A DNA stretch of 43,103 bases, taken from sequence record DRR378314_1456; one strand, given 5' to 3'. How positions within the stretch are numbered: the stretch's first letter is position 1; the number at the start of each line of letters is the position of its first letter. Below, one piece after another: positions 18,297-27,092 of the stretch. A model generated the notes under the pieces. It was not told the DNA's origin, ran no database searches, and was given only the letters and a program-made list of their open reading frames with translations. A program made the translations under genes and the position numbers.

Positions 18297-19781
18297 TCAG
18301 CTTGCGTGATCAACTTTGGCCACGAGGTCTCGCTTCAGGTAACGCGACGACATGTAGAAACAGAATGCCGCAACGAGGAACCACAGCGTCGTGACGGAGA
18401 TCGACTGTTTCAGGCCAGAGGATTTGGCGGAGGCGCAGGTCTGTAGCTGGGCCTCGGTCAGGCCTTCACCCGCGGCGCAGCTGGCAACGCTGAGGTCTGT
18501 CCCTCCGAGATTGGCGCTTGTGAACACGTCGCTCATGATGCCGACAAATTGCGGTCCGATGCCGTTACCAATGATCGAGACGATGATCAGCAGGATGGCA
18601 ATGGCCGTCGCGCGGGAGCGTGCGGAAACGACGCCCTGACCGATATTGTATTGTGCGCCGAGATAGGCGTAGTGACAGGTTGCCGCCAACGCCCAAGAGA
18701 TGAAGACGATGGTGAGGCTCGAAGAGTAGAAGGCGAAAATATAGAGCGGAACGGCCAGAACCAGACCAATGGCCGGGATGATTGCCACCGCCGTGTTGAG
18801 TCGCGGAGAAAACTTGTCCGTCAGGTAGCCCCCTAGGAAGGTGCCGATGGCTGCAACCGCGGAAAGTGGCGCGCCATAATTGATTGAGGCTTCACGTACA
18901 CCCAGCCCATGTTCCCGGATCAGGAAGGGAATCTGGAAGGTGAACAGGCCGTAGCCCACAAAGGCGACGAGGGCCGCGCCCATCGCCATCCACCAGAAGC
19001 TGGGCTTCGAGGCCAATTCCTGTAGCGTTTCCTTGGTGGAGGCGCGGGCAATGGTTTGAGCGTTGGGTGGATCGGAATATCCCCGCGGCGGCTCCTTCAC
19101 CGTGAACATCAGGATCGCGCCAATCACGACACCGGGCAGGCCGATGACGACAAAGGCAATGCGCCAGCCTTCGACCGTGGTCCAGTCAATGCCCGAGAAC
19201 AGGCCGCCAATGCCGATACTGTCCAGCCAGGCGCCAAATGTGGGTCCGCTGAGTTCGGCCAGTGGGCCGCCGAACAGATAGGCGAGAACTCCGCCGAGCG
19301 TGACCCCCATGGAATAGATGCCGAGCGCTGTGGCGCGGCTCTTTGCGGGATAATAGTCACCGATGATCGAATTGGCAGGCGGCGTACAGCCAGCTTCGCC
19401 AATGGCCACGCCGATGCGGAACAGCATCAGGGTCAGGAAGCCGGCCGCGATACCACACAGGGCCGTCATCACGGACCAAAGCACAATACAGATGACAATG
19501 ATGTTGACGCGGTTCAGGCGGTCCGCTGCCATCGCGATGGGCAGGCCCATGACGGCGTAGAAAATCGCAAATGGCCAACTGGCCAGCAGGCCGAACTGTG
19601 TGTCGCTCAGGCTGAATGTGGTGATGATCGGCTCGGCGAGCACGCCGATCAGGTTCCGGTCAATGAAGTTTAGGGTGTAGACCACCATGAGCATCAGCAG
19701 CACATAGGTGCGATAGCCCTTGGAGCCGAACCCTGTGATGTGGCCATCTGTAGCTGTCTGGCCAGCTGTCGTGTCGGTCAT
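18297..19781 (-). CDS. Spinster-family MFS transporter (tandem paralog)
   Basis: YTLNFIDRNL, RIGVAIGEAGCTPPANSIIGDYY, VKEPPRG; colinear with the neighbouring MFS. Confidence 0.9.
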   Translation of the reverse strand: MTDTTAGQTATDGHITGFGSKGYRTYVLLMLMVVYTLNFIDRNLIGVLAEPIITTFSLSDTQFGLLASWPFAIFYAVMGLPIAMAADRLNRVNIIVICIVLWSVMTALCGIAAGFLTLMLFRIGVAIGEAGCTPPANSIIGDYYPAKSRATALGIYSMGVTLGGVLAYLFGGPLAELSGPTFGAWLDSIGIGGLFSGIDWTTVEGWRIAFVVIGLPGVVIGAILMFTVKEPPRGYSDPPNAQTIARASTKETLQELASKPSFWWMAMGAALVAFVGYGLFTFQIPFLIREHGLGVREASINYGAPLSAVAAIGTFLGGYLTDKFSPRLNTAVAIIPAIGLVLAVPLYIFAFYSSSLTIVFISWALAATCHYAYLGAQYNIGQGVVSARSRATAIAILLIIVSIIGNGIGPQFVGIMSDVFTSANLGGTDLSVASCAAGEGLTEAQLQTCASAKSSGLKQSISVTTLWFLVAAFCFYMSSRYLKRDLVAKVDHAS

Positions 19782-19922
19782 CCGCCGAACTCCTCCCGAA
19801 AATACCGGGCGCGTCTTGGCGGCGCCTCTACAAGTCGCCCTACGGTAATGTGATGCGCGGGGCGCGCAAGGCCTTCCTTTACGACAGATCGTATCGAAGG
19901 CCCTGCGCGGGTAAATTTGCTG

Positions 19923-20792
19923 TTACTGGCTGAGTTCCAGCTGAACTTCGGAAGCAGCCACCGCCAGCGCCGATGCGTCCGCATCAAGCGAATCGGGGCG
20001 TAGCGCCGTCGGGTAAGCTTCTGCCAGCAGGGCCAGCGCGGACCGGATCGCAGCAGCGGCGTTGGCATTCTCTGCTTCGATTGCGGCTTCGTTCTGGCTG
20101 AACGACAGCTCGGCCGCCTTGTAGAAGCCATAGCCGTCCAGATAGGTCTCGTAGAAATCGGAATCGATCGACAGGACATACATGTCAGACGCGCGCTCGA
20201 TCTGGTCAGATGCGACGCTGGCGCTGACCATCGCGTCGGTCATGTCGGTTTCCGGTGCGCTCTCGGCGGCCTTGTCCAGCGCTGCGAGGATCTTATCGGT
20301 CCGCGCATTGATTTGCTCCTGGCTCTCGCCCGCGAAAACGGCGGCTGATGTGTCGGAGAAGAGGCCGGTGAAGTCTTCAACGCCCTGGGCGGCGAAGACT
20401 GGTTCCATGTCGAACAGGACTTCAGAGACCGGGTGAGCATACATTTCGGCAGCGGCCTCTGTTTTGCCTTCGGCATAGGCATCACGCGCAGCCAGAACGT
20501 GGGCAGCAGCAATCGCGATGGCGGACTTGTAAACGACTGGATCGGTATAGGCCGCGTCAATCGTCACGCCGCCTTCGCCCTCGCCGGCTTCTGCAGCTGG
20601 CGCTGCAGCATCGGCCTCAGCGCCGTGATGGTCTTCGCCTGCGTGGCTGTTGGCTTCGGCCTCGGAAACTTCAGCCGCTGCCGGTGTGTCTGCAGGCTTG
20701 GTTGCTTCGCCGCAGCCAGCCAGTGCGCCGGTCATCAGGACCGTGCCGAGACCCAGACTGGTCCACTGCTTCAATTTGGTGTCAAAAGCCAT
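19923..20792 (-). CDS. Uncharacterised acidic lipoprotein, putative iron/metal-binding
   Basis: Lipobox LAGC, HAGEDHHG linker, GEGEGG, AH...HPVSE and YLDGYGF motifs; AAGGA RBS. Confidence 0.75.
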   Translation of the reverse strand: MAFDTKLKQWTSLGLGTVLMTGALAGCGEATKPADTPAAAEVSEAEANSHAGEDHHGAEADAAAPAAEAGEGEGGVTIDAAYTDPVVYKSAIAIAAAHVLAARDAYAEGKTEAAAEMYAHPVSEVLFDMEPVFAAQGVEDFTGLFSDTSAAVFAGESQEQINARTDKILAALDKAAESAPETDMTDAMVSASVASDQIERASDMYVLSIDSDFYETYLDGYGFYKAAELSFSQNEAAIEAENANAAAAIRSALALLAEAYPTALRPDSLDADASALAVAASEVQLELSQ

Positions 20793-20839
20793 GATAGAGT
20801 TCCTTATTGCGTCGATCTGCTATAGCGGGGAATGACGCA

Positions 20840-20858
20840 AATGCAAACTATTCGCAAG
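20840..20858. promoter_or_regulatory. Fur-like operator (9-1-9 imperfect palindrome)
   Basis: AATGCAAAC-T-ATTCGCAAG (TGC-N9-GCA core) in the 77-bp divergent intergenic region next to a PiuC-like gene. Confidence 0.6.
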
Positions 20859-20869
20859 TAGGTCCGCCC

Positions 20870-21547
20870 ATGCTTTTGACCCTTTCCGACGTACTCGACC
20901 GAGAAGAACTGGATGAGATGCTGAAGCTGATCGGTGGATTGGGGTGGCGGGATGGCGCTGAAACGGCGGGCGGGACCGCCCGGGCCGTGAAACACAACCA
21001 GCAGGCAGACATGACCTCGCGGCTCGGCACTCAGGTCCAGCACAAGCTGAAAGCCAAAGTTGAACGTCATCCGGTGCTGCGTGCTGCGGCCCAGCCGCGC
21101 CAGTTTTCAAAGCTGATCGTCAGCCGGACTGAGGCGGGTGGGGGATATGGCCACCATGTCGACAATCCATTCATGCCGGTCGGCACGTCGCGCCTGCGGA
21201 CGGATTTTTCCTTCACGCTGTTCCTGTCAGAGCCGGACACTTATGAAGGGGGTGAATTGGAAATTGAGCTGGCAGGCATGACTCAGTCCGTCAAATTGCC
21301 GGCGGGCAGCCTGGTCCTGTATCCGTCAACGACACTGCATCGCGTTGCGCCTGTCACATCCGGCGCGCGTCTGGCCTGTGTTGGATGGATCGAGAGCGCA
21401 ATTCCGGACGTGGCAGTACGAGAGATCTTGTTTGATCTGGAGAATTTGCGGTCCAGCCTGGCCGGCAAGCTGAACCTGCAATCTCCGGAAATGCTCGTCT
21501 TGTCGAAAAGCATCTCCAATCTCACCCGTCGTTTCGGGCAGAGCTAG
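20870..21547 (+). CDS. Fe(II)/2-oxoglutarate-dependent dioxygenase, PKHD-type hydroxylase (PiuC/YbiX-like)
   Basis: WRDGAETAG..A..VKHNQQ, YGHHVDN (HxD), RTDFSFTLFLSEPDTYEGGEL, YPSTTLHRVAPVTSGAR. Start ATG 20870. Confidence 0.92.
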   Translation: MLLTLSDVLDREELDEMLKLIGGLGWRDGAETAGGTARAVKHNQQADMTSRLGTQVQHKLKAKVERHPVLRAAAQPRQFSKLIVSRTEAGGGYGHHVDNPFMPVGTSRLRTDFSFTLFLSEPDTYEGGELEIELAGMTQSVKLPAGSLVLYPSTTLHRVAPVTSGARLACVGWIESAIPDVAVREILFDLENLRSSLAGKLNLQSPEMLVLSKSISNLTRRFGQS

Positions 21548-22032
21548 GACAAGGCCATCGCTGCCAGCAAATAACAGATCGCGGAAGCGACCGATCCAAG
21601 AGTGCGGACGTGGTTCCAGCGGGTCCAGACGACGCCATAGGTCTTCCAGTAATTGGCGGCGTCCTGATCGAGATGGGGCAGGCGATCCAGTCGCTCATTC
21701 ATCGGGACGTTCCCAAACATGGTAACGCACAGCACGGTAACGATATAGATGGCAGACCCGGTAAAGATCATGGTCTTGGCTGCGCCATCCTGTGTCTGCC
21801 AGGCGAGCAGGGACATGACGAGCATGATCGGGACAAGTCCCAGCAGGGTCGCCAGGAACACCGAGCGGAACACGGTGCGGTTGATCTGCTGCATGGAGTC
21901 TATGCCACCTGACGGCGCTGCGCGGACAAGCCCTGCCATCACGAAGTCAGAGAATGACTGGAATACTCCGCCGACCAGCGCGCTGGCCAGTCCAACAGCG
22001 AGACAGATGTATGCGAACAATTCGGCGCTCAT
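21544..22032 (-). CDS. DUF1772 / anthrone oxygenase family membrane protein
   Basis: GVFQSFSDFVM, MQQIN, NVPMNERL, WTRWNHVRT. Confidence 0.88.
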   Translation of the reverse strand: MSAELFAYICLAVGLASALVGGVFQSFSDFVMAGLVRAAPSGGIDSMQQINRTVFRSVFLATLLGLVPIMLVMSLLAWQTQDGAAKTMIFTGSAIYIVTVLCVTMFGNVPMNERLDRLPHLDQDAANYWKTYGVVWTRWNHVRTLGSVASAICYLLAAMALS

Positions 22033-22433
22033 TTTGCTTCTCCGCTGATCTTCCCATGCTGCAGCAAGGCGAACAGGCTAAGCGCACCAATCACGAGTTC
22101 GATGAGGGCGGCGAGCTGAAGACTGGGTGAGGGCATTCCGTCCAACACGATGCTGACCAGGCGGGACAAACCGTATGTGCTGTAAATCAGCGCGGAGAAG
22201 ACCAGACCGGTCTGCATCAGGGTTTGTCGGATGGCACCGCTCAGCGTGACCAGTGAGCCCAAGAGCAATAGTCCGCCGGGCGCGCGGATTTCCGATAACA
22301 GGCTGGCGTCCGATCCGAGACTTATGCCGCTTGAGGCGAGGAAGGCGTGCGGCTGGAACAGGATCGCCAATCCGATGGTAAGTCCGGTCGTTCCAGACAC
22401 GGCCAGCAATATGCGGGTCAGTGGCTGAGTCAT
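22029..22433 (-). CDS. DUF4345 family membrane protein
   Basis: SEIRAPGG, YGLSRLVSIVLDGMP. ATG 22433 overlaps the upstream stop (ATGA). Confidence 0.8.
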   Translation of the reverse strand: MTQPLTRILLAVSGTTGLTIGLAILFQPHAFLASSGISLGSDASLLSEIRAPGGLLLLGSLVTLSGAIRQTLMQTGLVFSALIYSTYGLSRLVSIVLDGMPSPSLQLAALIELVIGALSLFALLQHGKISGEAK

Positions 22434-23287
22434 GCCGCATTCCTCCACAGGCCGGTTGCTGCCATTTCGCGGGCAAACTCCGAAAAGTCTTTTGGCGGAC
22501 GGCCCAGCGCGCGTTGGACGCCATCCGTCAGGTGCGCGTTGTGTCCATCAAGGACATTCGTGAACAGATAATCCAGCAGCCAGATCTGGTCATCAGGGGC
22601 GCCCGCCTGGCGTAAGCCCTGAAGAAAGTCTTCGGAGGAAATGCGGACGAATTTCACTGGGCGCCCCGAAGCCTTGGATATGTCTCGTGCCACATCTTCA
22701 AACGTCATCAGGCGCGGACCGGTGACTTCGTAGACTTCACCTGCATGCCCGGTTTCCGTGAGCGCGGCGACGGCAACGTCAGCAATGTCGTCGGCGTCAA
22801 TGAAAGGCTCCCTTACGTGCCCGACGGGCAAGGTGATGTTTCCCGAAAGGACAAGCTGCAGGAATTCGCCCTCGGAGAAATTCTGGTTGAACCAGCTTGC
22901 GCGGACGATGGTCCAGTCAATCCCGCTTTCCTGAACGATCCGCTCGCAAGCCTGCGCATCCGGCTCTCCGCGCCCGGACAGCAAGACAAGATGCTTTACG
23001 CCATGCGCTTTCGCCCGATGAACCAGTTCCAGAATGGCCTCCTTGGCCGCCGGAACCGCGAGGTCAGGTGTGTAGCTGATGTAAACGGAATACGCGCCTT
23101 TGAGCGTTGCGTCCCACCCGTCTGGATCTTGCCAGTCAAACGCGGGACTCGCGGACCGAGAGCCGATACGTGTCTCAATCCCCCTGCGTTTCAGTCGACT
23201 GACAATGCGTCGACCGGTCTTTCCGGTTCCGCCCAGCACCAAAACCGGGCCGGTATGTTCAATGGGTTGGCGAACTGTCTGTGTCAT
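22430..23287 (-). CDS. NmrA-like NAD(P)H-binding protein (atypical SDR)
   Basis: VLVLGGTGKTGRR, FDW, VLLSGRGE, WFNQNFSEG, PFIDADDIADVA, YEVTGPR; AAGGAG RBS before ATG 23287. Confidence 0.9.
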   Translation of the reverse strand: MTQTVRQPIEHTGPVLVLGGTGKTGRRIVSRLKRRGIETRIGSRSASPAFDWQDPDGWDATLKGAYSVYISYTPDLAVPAAKEAILELVHRAKAHGVKHLVLLSGRGEPDAQACERIVQESGIDWTIVRASWFNQNFSEGEFLQLVLSGNITLPVGHVREPFIDADDIADVAVAALTETGHAGEVYEVTGPRLMTFEDVARDISKASGRPVKFVRISSEDFLQGLRQAGAPDDQIWLLDYLFTNVLDGHNAHLTDGVQRALGRPPKDFSEFAREMAATGLWRNAA

Positions 23288-23303
23288 CGTCAATCTCCTT
23301 TGC

Positions 23304-23361
23304 TTGACACCGTGTAAAGTTGACATGGTGTCAAATGCGCTTAGCTTGACACCATGTCAAG
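23304..23361. promoter_or_regulatory. Three TetR-type palindromic operators (TTGACA-N3-TGTCAA) in a divergent promoter
   Basis: TTGACACCGTGTAAA (23304-23318), TTGACATGGTGTCAA (23320-23334), CTTGACACCATGTCAAG (23345-23361). Confidence 0.85.
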
Positions 23362-23935
23362 TCAGAATCCCGAAACCCGAGAAAAAATCATGCGCGCAAC
23401 CTGGAAGCTGCTGGAAAAATCCGGCGGGGCAGGGGTGCGGATGAGCGACATCGCCAAGGCCGCCGGCATCAGCCGTCAGGCGGTCTATCTTCATTTTCCG
23501 ACCCGCGCCGAATTGCTGACCAGCACCGCGCGCTACATGGACGACGTTCACAATATTGATGGCAGTCTCGCGGCCAGCCGCGCGGCCTCAGGTGTTGAGC
23601 GGCTGGATTTGTGGGTCGAAGCGTGGGGCAACTACATTCCGAAGATCCACGGTGTTGGTCGCGCGTTGATCGCCATGCGGGACACGGATGAGGCAGCTGC
23701 CGCAGCGTGGGGCGATCGCATGCAGGCCGTCCGGCATGGTTGCGAGGCGGCAATAGGCGCGTTGGAGAAGGTTGATCGCCTGAAGGCGGAGTTTTCTTCG
23801 GAAACCGCTACGGATCTTCTCTGGTCGATCCTGTCAGTCGAAATGTGGGAGAAGCTGCGCTTTGAATGCGGGTGGTCACAGGAAGATTACGTCCTCCGCA
23901 TGCAACGCCTCGCGCGCAACAGTCTCGTCGGCTGA
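23354..23935 (+). CDS. TetR/AcrR family transcriptional regulator
   Basis: N-terminal HTH TREKIMRA...MSDIAKAAGISRQAVYLHFPTRAEL. Confidence 0.93.
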   Translation: MSSQNPETREKIMRATWKLLEKSGGAGVRMSDIAKAAGISRQAVYLHFPTRAELLTSTARYMDDVHNIDGSLAASRAASGVERLDLWVEAWGNYIPKIHGVGRALIAMRDTDEAAAAAWGDRMQAVRHGCEAAIGALEKVDRLKAEFSSETATDLLWSILSVEMWEKLRFECGWSQEDYVLRMQRLARNSLVG

Positions 23936-24625
23936 TCAGATCAGGCCAGCCGCTTTCAAACTCGTTACGCCGCCCGTGCCAGCGATGAGGTGATCGTGCA
24001 CGGTGATGTCGAAGGGATCGAGCGCGTCGATGATCTCGCGGGTGACATCTATATCTGCGCGAGAAGGCGTGGTGTCGCCGGACGGGTGGTTGTGCACCAG
24101 AATGAGCGCCGACGCATGCAGTTCCAGCGCACGCCGCGCTACTTCGCGGGTGTAGACCGGTGCGTGATCGACAGTGCCATGTCCCATGACTTCGTCTGCG
24201 ATCAGCTGGTTCTTGCGATCCAGGAACAGGATACGAAACTGCTCGCGTTTCTCGTGTTGCAGTTCGGTGCGGACATACTCGACCAGCGCCGACCAGGATG
24301 AGATCGCCGTTTTCTTTTGAATGTTTTCCCGAGACGCGCGAGCGTTGAGTTCGGCAATCGCCTTGAGATACGCCGCCACGGTTTCACCTATGCCGGGCAC
24401 CTGGACCAGATCGCGACTCGGGGCGGCGAGAATTGCCGAGAGGCTCCCGAATCTTGCCTGAAGCGCCTTGGCAATAGGTTTCACATCCCGGCGCGGAATA
24501 AAGGCCATCAGCAGAACTTCGAGCACTTCGTAGTCATCCAGAGATGAAGCGCCGCGCGCCAGCAGCTTGCTACGCAAGCGCTCGCGATGCCCTTTCCAGT
24601 GGGGGATTTCAGGTGCCGTGCTCAT
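23936..24625 (-). CDS. radC: RadC family JAB-domain protein
   Basis: GHRERLR, DYEVLE, IPRRDVKP, GTVDHAPVYTREV, LVHNHPSGD..PS.AD, HDH. Confidence 0.95.
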   Translation of the reverse strand: MSTAPEIPHWKGHRERLRSKLLARGASSLDDYEVLEVLLMAFIPRRDVKPIAKALQARFGSLSAILAAPSRDLVQVPGIGETVAAYLKAIAELNARASRENIQKKTAISSWSALVEYVRTELQHEKREQFRILFLDRKNQLIADEVMGHGTVDHAPVYTREVARRALELHASALILVHNHPSGDTTPSRADIDVTREIIDALDPFDITVHDHLIAGTGGVTSLKAAGLI

Positions 24626-24755
24626 TCCGGTTGAAAGACCACGAAAAACGTTCGCGATAAAGGTTCTTCAGCGCAAACTTTTCTTGAAGCGGCTTCCAAT
24701 GATCATTCCTTCATCATAGCATTTTGGTCTGGGAAATCCGTGGGAGGACGACTGA

Positions 24756-25385
24756 ATGTTGAGATATGTACTGGGAATACCGAGCGTGGCGATTGCGCTG
24801 GCCGCTTGCGCGTCGGCTGAGCCGGGCCATCATCACAATCCGGATGGCACGCATGCCGAAGGGGGGCATGCCTATACCGACAAGCTGGTTGTGGCTGGCG
24901 CTGGAAAGACGGTTGAGAACCCGTTTCATCCCGTCCGCCTGCTATTGTCTTCAGAGGAGTCTGCGGGAGATGTGACGGTATACGAGTTTGAGTTGCCACC
25001 CCGCAGCCCCGGTTCTCCGCCGCACACTCATACGCTTGAAGACGAATACTTCTACGTCACCGAAGGAGTCCTGAGTGTCATGTCAGGCGACCAGATTCTT
25101 TCTCTTTATCCAGGAGACTTCGCTGCGCTCAATCGGGGCAATACGCATATGTTCTGGAATGCCAGCGATGAGACCACCAAGCTGATCATGACAACGACGG
25201 GCGGCTCCTTTGAAGAGTTCATGGCGAGCGCCGCGCCTCGGATAGCCGATGCGCAGCCGGACTCAGCCGAAGCCGCAGGAGCAGTCATAGGACAGCTGGC
25301 GGCCGAGCACGGCATCATGATTTCGATGGATATGATGCCAGAGGCCGCGGCGCCTTTCTATGCGCCACCTCCACCGGCCGAATAA
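24756..25385 (+). CDS. Cupin-domain lipoprotein with His-rich N-terminus
   Basis: LAAC lipobox, GHHHNPDGTH, cupin motifs PPHTHTLEDEYFYVTEG and PGDF...RGNTHMFWN; GGGAGG RBS. Confidence 0.82.
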   Translation: MLRYVLGIPSVAIALAACASAEPGHHHNPDGTHAEGGHAYTDKLVVAGAGKTVENPFHPVRLLLSSEESAGDVTVYEFELPPRSPGSPPHTHTLEDEYFYVTEGVLSVMSGDQILSLYPGDFAALNRGNTHMFWNASDETTKLIMTTTGGSFEEFMASAAPRIADAQPDSAEAAGAVIGQLAAEHGIMISMDMMPEAAAPFYAPPPPAE

Positions 25386-25387
25386 GC

Positions 25388-26209
25388 TTAAAGCTCGACC
25401 TTATGGGGCTGGTGCCAGCCTTTCGGCGAAGATGTGAAGATTTCCACGCCATCTTCGGTGACGCCAACGGAGTGCTCGTACTGTGCCGACAGCTGCCGAT
25501 CACGCGTTACAGCGGTCCATCCATCGGGCAGGATCGCGGCGTCCTTGCGACCGAGGTTGAGCATTGGCTCTACGGTGAAGAACATGCCTGGCTTCAGTTC
25601 GGGGCCGGTATTGTAGGCGGACGAGTGAACCACATTCGGCTCATCATGGAACAGGCGGCCGAGGCCGTGGCCGCAGAAGTCTTCGACGACTGACATCCGG
25701 TTCAACCGGGCAACTTCGGAAATCGCGCCACCGATGTCGCCAAAGCGTTTGCCGGGGCGAATCTGTGCCAGTCCTGCCATCAGCGCATCATAGGTAACGT
25801 CCATGAGGCGCTCTGCCTTGCGCTTGACCTTTCCAACGCCATACATGCGGGAATGGTCGCCGTGCCAGCCATTGAGGATCAGCGTTACATCGATGTTTGC
25901 GATGTCGCCTTCCTTGAGCGGTTTGGCGTTCGGGATGCCGTGACAGATCACGTGATTCAGCGAGATGCAGCTGGCATGGCGGTACCCACGATAGCCAATC
26001 GTCGCTGAGGTCGCGCCATGATCCATCACGAACTCGCGCACCAGATTGTCGAGATGTTCGGTTGTGACACCCGGCTTCACCTCTGGCACCAGCATGTCGA
26101 GACATTCGGCGACCAGACGGCCGGCCTTGCGCATGCCGTCGAAGCCTTCAGCATCATGGATGCGAATTTCGCCCGTGCGCATCGGCAGCAGGAGGTTGGT
26201 GTCGGTCAT
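25388..26209 (-). CDS. map: Type I methionyl aminopeptidase
   Basis: CISLNHVICHGIP, DIANIDVT, GWHGDHSR, FCGHGLG..FH, FTVEPM, SAQYEHSV. Confidence 0.96.
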   Translation of the reverse strand: MTDTNLLLPMRTGEIRIHDAEGFDGMRKAGRLVAECLDMLVPEVKPGVTTEHLDNLVREFVMDHGATSATIGYRGYRHASCISLNHVICHGIPNAKPLKEGDIANIDVTLILNGWHGDHSRMYGVGKVKRKAERLMDVTYDALMAGLAQIRPGKRFGDIGGAISEVARLNRMSVVEDFCGHGLGRLFHDEPNVVHSSAYNTGPELKPGMFFTVEPMLNLGRKDAAILPDGWTAVTRDRQLSAQYEHSVGVTEDGVEIFTSSPKGWHQPHKVEL

Positions 26210-26296
26210 CAAAGCGAGCCTTTCGGGGGCGTTTGTGCGGTCTACTTGCCCCTAAATAGCAATTTGGCTCCGACAATTCTACCGCCGTGCCTGCAA

Positions 26297-26533
26297 TCAT
26301 GCACCCGAGGTGTCTTCGCGCTTTTCGGCCGAGGCCTCGGCCGATTCCGCTGCCCGTTTGAGCTGGTCGCGTCGCGTTTCGTCGAAGCGTTCCGGTTCCT
26401 GGTAGATTTCCCGGGTACTTTCCTCACTGATCGACTCGGCTGTGCGCGATTTCAGTCGACCACGGCTGACACCCCAGACAAGGGCTATCAGTAGAAGCAG
26501 GGCACCAATTCCATAAAGAATTTCCGGTTCCAT
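26297..26533 (-). CDS. Small single-TM hypothetical protein
   Basis: MEPEILYGIGALLLLIALVWGV followed by a charged tail; GGGAG RBS; directly downstream of osmC. Confidence 0.7.
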   Translation of the reverse strand: MEPEILYGIGALLLLIALVWGVSRGRLKSRTAESISEESTREIYQEPERFDETRRDQLKRAAESAEASAEKREDTSGA

Positions 26534-26553
26534 TGGGCGACTCCCTTCCAAAT

Positions 26554-26991
26554 TTACTGAAGCTGCGTGCCGAGGGTGATCTCGATGGCGCCCAGTGCCA
26601 CAGACATCGGACAGCCAGTCTTGGCCTTGTTGGCCAGGGCATCGAAGGTCTCGGGCTCAATGTCGTCGACGACAGCGTTTAATGTGAGGGCGCTGCGTGT
26701 GATCTGAAAGCCGCCGCCTTCCTTGGGTTCTACGGTGACGATGCATTTCGTGTCGAGATCTGTCGCCGGCGTGCCATTTTCTGCGAGCAAATGTGACAAC
26801 TGCATCGTGAAGCAGCCTGCGTGAGCGGCAGCGAGCAATTCTTCCGGATTGGTCCCGGACTCGCCGGACTCATCCTCGAAGCGGGCTTCGAAAGAGTAAG
26901 CCGTATCGGAGAGCGTGCCGCTCTGCGTGGTGAGAGAGCCTGCGCCTTCTTTCAGGTTTCCGGACCAATGGGCGGTAGCGTGGCGTTTCAT
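26554..26991 (-). CDS. osmC: OsmC family peroxiredoxin
   Basis: ATAHWSGNLKEGAG, YSFEARFE, GTNPEELLAAAHAGCF, AKTGCPMS. ATG 26991 with GAGGA RBS. Confidence 0.93.
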   Translation of the reverse strand: MKRHATAHWSGNLKEGAGSLTTQSGTLSDTAYSFEARFEDESGESGTNPEELLAAAHAGCFTMQLSHLLAENGTPATDLDTKCIVTVEPKEGGGFQITRSALTLNAVVDDIEPETFDALANKAKTGCPMSVALGAIEITLGTQLQ

Positions 26992-27028
26992 GATCTGTCC
27001 TCGTGAACAATTGGGTGTCGCCAATTGC

Positions 27029-27053
27029 AATGCGCACCTTGGCGTTACGTTCC
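27029..27053 (-). promoter_or_regulatory. Putative general-stress ECF (SigT/EcfG) promoter of osmC
   Basis: Minus strand GGAAC-N16-CATT, close to the GGAAC-N16/17-CGTT consensus, about 40 bp upstream of osmC. Confidence 0.6.
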
Positions 27054-27092
27054 GACTTGGCGGGCAGCTCGGATGGTGCCATCTTTTTCGGC

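Noticed and set aside
24650-24666. GTTC...GTTC direct repeat upstream of radC as an SOS box
   Set aside because: The spacer is 9 nt, not the 7 nt required for the alphaproteobacterial LexA box.
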